DNA of 64,000 nucleotides from Promethearchaeia archaeon. Lineage in GTDB: Archaea > Asgardarchaeota > Lokiarchaeia > Sigyniarchaeales > SOKP01. The DNA is taken from assembly GCA_029856105.1 (NCBI GenBank), contig JAHQWH010000155.1, positions 32,001 to 96,000 of the forward strand. The letters are read 5' to 3'. A program made the position numbers and the translations under genes. The notes beneath the pieces are model-generated. The model ran no database searches and was not told the DNA's origin. It worked only from the letters and a program-made list of their open reading frames with translations. Shown here piece by piece: positions 61,132-64,000 of the stretch (position 1 is the stretch's first letter; each line of letters starts with the position of its first letter).

Positions 61132-61980
61132 GTGTTTAATATAACTGAAAGTTTTGCGAATGTGAATAATATAAAGATTTGTTATGAAATTCGGGGCGAT
61201 GGTGATCCTGTTATTTTGATCCATGGATTTGGAGCAAAAAAGGAGGAATGGATTGGACAATTTTTACCATTGTCAGAACATTTTAAAGTAATAAGATTTG
61301 ATAATCGGGGATCAGGTAAATCAGATAGACCAAACCAACCTTACACAATGGAATTATTTGCTAAGGATACCATTGAATTAATGGATTTTTTAAAAATTGA
61401 AAAAACACATATTATTGGATGGTCTGTTGGAGGAATGATTGCTCAGAATCTTGTATTAATGTTTCCAAACAGAGTAAATAAATTAGTCTTAATTAATACA
61501 CTTCCCTATTGGCCAGGGGAAAATACTGCCTTAGAGATGTATAAAGATAGCAAAATTTTAGCATACGAAGCAAGAATGAAAGATCCTGTAAAAGCTTTTT
61601 TTGATGGCATAACACCAAGTTTTACACGTAAATTTAAAAAAATCCTACTAGAAGATCCAAAAAAGAAAATTCATGGATTATTTTCCGCTGAAGATTTAAT
61701 TGAAATGGATAATACTGATCCTACAACACCGCAGGATATTATAAATTATACTCATGCACTAGGACATCATAATGTTCTTAATCGCTTACCAAACATTAAG
61801 AAGGAAACATTAATAATATGTGCTTCCCATGATCGTTCTACTCCAATGTCTATGAATGTTATGATTCATGAAAGAATTTCTAAGAGTGAAATAGTAATAA
61901 TTGAGAAAGCAGGTCATGGGTCACCTAAAGAGAGAGCACCAGAAATCAATCAACATATCATCAATTTTTTAAAGAAATAA
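61132..61980 (+). CDS. Alpha/beta hydrolase (tandem paralog 3)
   Basis: GWSVGG; start GTG 61132 or ATA 61141. Confidence 0.92.
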   Translation: MFNITESFANVNNIKICYEIRGDGDPVILIHGFGAKKEEWIGQFLPLSEHFKVIRFDNRGSGKSDRPNQPYTMELFAKDTIELMDFLKIEKTHIIGWSVGGMIAQNLVLMFPNRVNKLVLINTLPYWPGENTALEMYKDSKILAYEARMKDPVKAFFDGITPSFTRKFKKILLEDPKKKIHGLFSAEDLIEMDNTDPTTPQDIINYTHALGHHNVLNRLPNIKKETLIICASHDRSTPMSMNVMIHERISKSEIVIIEKAGHGSPKERAPEINQHIINFLKK

Positions 61981-62045
61981 GTTTTATCTTTTCATTTTTC
62001 TTTTTCTATATTATATTTAAAATTGAAAATTAGCAGATGATTAAA

Positions 62046-62882
62046 ATGAGTGATTTGTTCACAGAAGTTAATAATATTAAGATTTGTTATGAAGTTAATG
62101 GTCAGGGTTATCCTATTATTTTAGTACATGGTTTTGCGATGTATAAAGAATTTTGGATAGCTCAAAAACCATTATCAGAACAATTTAAAGTAATTAATCT
62201 AGATAATCGCGGCTGTGGAAAATCAGACCACCCAACTGAAACTTTTGATATGGAAACATTAGCTAAAGATATTAAGGATCTAATGGATTTCTTAAAAATT
62301 GAAAAAGCACACATTATTGGACACTCATTAGGAGGAATGATTGCTCAACATTTTGCATTAGAATATCCAAATCGTATAAATAAATTAATTTTAATAGCAA
62401 CTTTTCCTAATTTACCTTTAGACAAATCAGGATTAGAGATGTATAAGAAGAGCCAACTAGAGACTTATGAAGCGAAATTAAAAGATCCTATTAAAGCTTT
62501 TAATAATAAGATGAAACAAAGATTTACTCGAAATTTTTATAAATTAATGGTTCAAGAACCAAGTAGTAAATTTCACGGCTTATTTTCAACAGAAGACCTC
62601 ATGGAAAATGAAAAGAATAAAGGTACTTCTAAAACTCAAGATATTATTAATCAAATAAATGCAATTTCAAAACATAATACCTTAGAACAACTTCATAATA
62701 TTAAACACAATACCTTAATCCTTGCAGGAGAGAAGGATCGAATTATTTCGAAGATTTCAAGTAATGAAATGCATAGTAAAATTCCAAATAACACCTTAAA
62801 AGTATTCAGTGGTAGTCATTATTTCCCTTTAGAAGAAGCTCCCGAAGTTAATAATATTATACTAAATTTCTTAAATGAGTAA
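62046..62882 (+). CDS. Alpha/beta hydrolase (tandem paralog 4)
   Basis: GHSLGG, GEKD, GSH. Confidence 0.92.
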   Translation: MSDLFTEVNNIKICYEVNGQGYPIILVHGFAMYKEFWIAQKPLSEQFKVINLDNRGCGKSDHPTETFDMETLAKDIKDLMDFLKIEKAHIIGHSLGGMIAQHFALEYPNRINKLILIATFPNLPLDKSGLEMYKKSQLETYEAKLKDPIKAFNNKMKQRFTRNFYKLMVQEPSSKFHGLFSTEDLMENEKNKGTSKTQDIINQINAISKHNTLEQLHNIKHNTLILAGEKDRIISKISSNEMHSKIPNNTLKVFSGSHYFPLEEAPEVNNIILNFLNE

Positions 62883-62903
62883 TAAGTATAATTTTTCATT
62901 TAT

Positions 62904-64000
62904 CTAGTTTTTATGTGCGAAAATTTTCTGGAAAGCCATGACAAATGGCGGGAAGGCAATAATTGCAACAGTAATTCCTAACCAGTAAGGAGGAAGCGTG
63001 TCAAGTATAAAAGGTCCAATAAGAGGCCCTAATATCTGAGCCATGCTATCTAATGCGGAAGAAAGTCCATTAATTTTGCCTTGTTCCTGAGGAGATGCTG
63101 TTTGGGTAATTTTACTAAGCATGGGACCTCGGGTTAAGGAGGCTGCAAAACTAATAAACATCATAAGAATAAAAAGAGCAAAAATATTTGTTGAAAAACC
63201 CAATAAGAAAAAGCAGACTAGAAATGTAGCCAAACCCAAACGTATAGCATTATCTTCCCCAAGTTTCCTAATAGTTGGTTTAAAAAGAGTAAATCTTATT
63301 CCTGTCCGAAATATTCCAGATGTCATAAATAAGATTGAAATGTCGATTGGCGTAAGATCTAGAACGCTAACACTGAAAAAGGAAAGGGAAGACATTACAA
63401 TGGTAAAGGATATTGTATGAAAGCCCCAGAGAGCTAAAATAGAGAGAGCACTTTTATTATCTCTTATTTTAGGCAAAACTTCAAACTTGCTTTCATGAGG
63501 TTGAATTCTTTTTTCCTTCGGCCATGTCTCTTCCAACATAGCTAGCGTAACAATAATTGTAATTACTGTTAGACCAGCTGCAAATAATCCAGGCCCTAAA
63601 AGACCAAACCACGTAAAAAGAACACCGCCGATTGCTGGTCCTATTAGAGATGCTAACACATGGGCGATCCCAACGTTAGCCATTTGAATACCTCTATCTT
63701 TTGGTGGAACTTTATCGCTTATGATAGCTTTAGCAATTGGAAAATTTCCTCCAAATATTCCATCAATCATGCGTGCTAAAAATAACATCCATAATGTGTT
63801 TGAAAAAGCGGTTAATATAAACGCTAAACATGTACCGAATTGAGAAATCAAAAGTAATGGTCTTCTCCCATATTTATCACTGAGTTTTGCTAAGATTGGC
63901 CCAAAAACAAAGCCGAACATCGCATTAATAGAGAATATTAATCCGATCATCGTCATAGAGGTATCAAAGAGATCACTGAAAAAACCCACCATAGGAAAGA
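62904..64000 (-). CDS. MFS transporter (TetA/DHA1-like), 5' end beyond the window
   Basis: LSDKYGRRP, ARMIDGIFGG, GPAIGG; frame open to the window edge. Confidence 0.92.
   Translation of the reverse strand, partial: FPMVGFFSDLFDTSMTMIGLIFSINAMFGFVFGPILAKLSDKYGRRPLLLISQFGTCLAFILTAFSNTLWMLFLARMIDGIFGGNFPIAKAIISDKVPPKDRGIQMANVGIAHVLASLIGPAIGGVLFTWFGLLGPGLFAAGLTVITIIVTLAMLEETWPKEKRIQPHESKFEVLPKIRDNKSALSILALWGFHTISFTIVMSSLSFFSVSVLDLTPIDISILFMTSGIFRTGIRFTLFKPTIRKLGEDNAIRLGLATFLVCFFLLGFSTNIFALFILMMFISFAASLTRGPMLSKITQTASPQEQGKINGLSSALDSMAQILGPLIGPFILDTLPPYWLGITVAIIAFPPFVMAFQKIFAHKN

Noticed and set aside
849-63420. Short antisense or overlapping ORFs in the track (e.g. 849-1142, 2895-3173, 4221-4571, 17539-17859, 32235-32681, 38985-39500, 58397-58780, 63121-63420)
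   Set aside because: Shadows of well-supported genes on the other strand; no motifs.
1-64000. tRNA/rRNA genes, CRISPR arrays, inteins, IS elements
   Set aside because: No GC-rich cloverleaf or rRNA-like segments, repeat-spacer arrays, intein motifs or transposase ORFs detected by eye.

Overview
Very AT-rich archaeal chromosomal segment. Gene content (Alba, a histone, NurA-Mre11-Rad50, Sec11, IorAB/AcdA, thiolase-DUF35, many acyl-CoA enzymes and alpha/beta hydrolases) suggests an Asgard archaeon of the Lokiarchaeia type; this is an inference. About 55 CDSs cover DNA repair and chromatin, acyl-CoA/amino-acid catabolism, a B12-dependent mutase with MeaB, Acd-EtfAB, two toxin-antitoxin pairs, a MoxR-type AAA+/VWA pair and four tandem hydrolases. 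I saw no tRNA, rRNA, CRISPR array or transposase. Main finding: the cob(I)alamin adenosyltransferase gene (cobO/btuR, 17469-18037, minus strand) is interrupted inside its P-loop by a 29-nt segment (17950-17978) that folds into a bulge-helix-bulge motif. Cutting at the canonical endonuclease positions restores the frame and the GxGKGKTT motif, so this is a candidate archaeal-type mRNA intron. Other findings: repeated ATA/ATT/CTG starts behind SD motifs; a HEPN-MNT cassette flanked by two synonymously diverged copies of a cupin gene 3' end; a cupin frameshift at U-UUU-UUA; a 632-bp tandem duplication; an acyl-CoA mutase and a CoA-transferase with non-canonical active-site residues; and an alpha3-type histone beside Alba.
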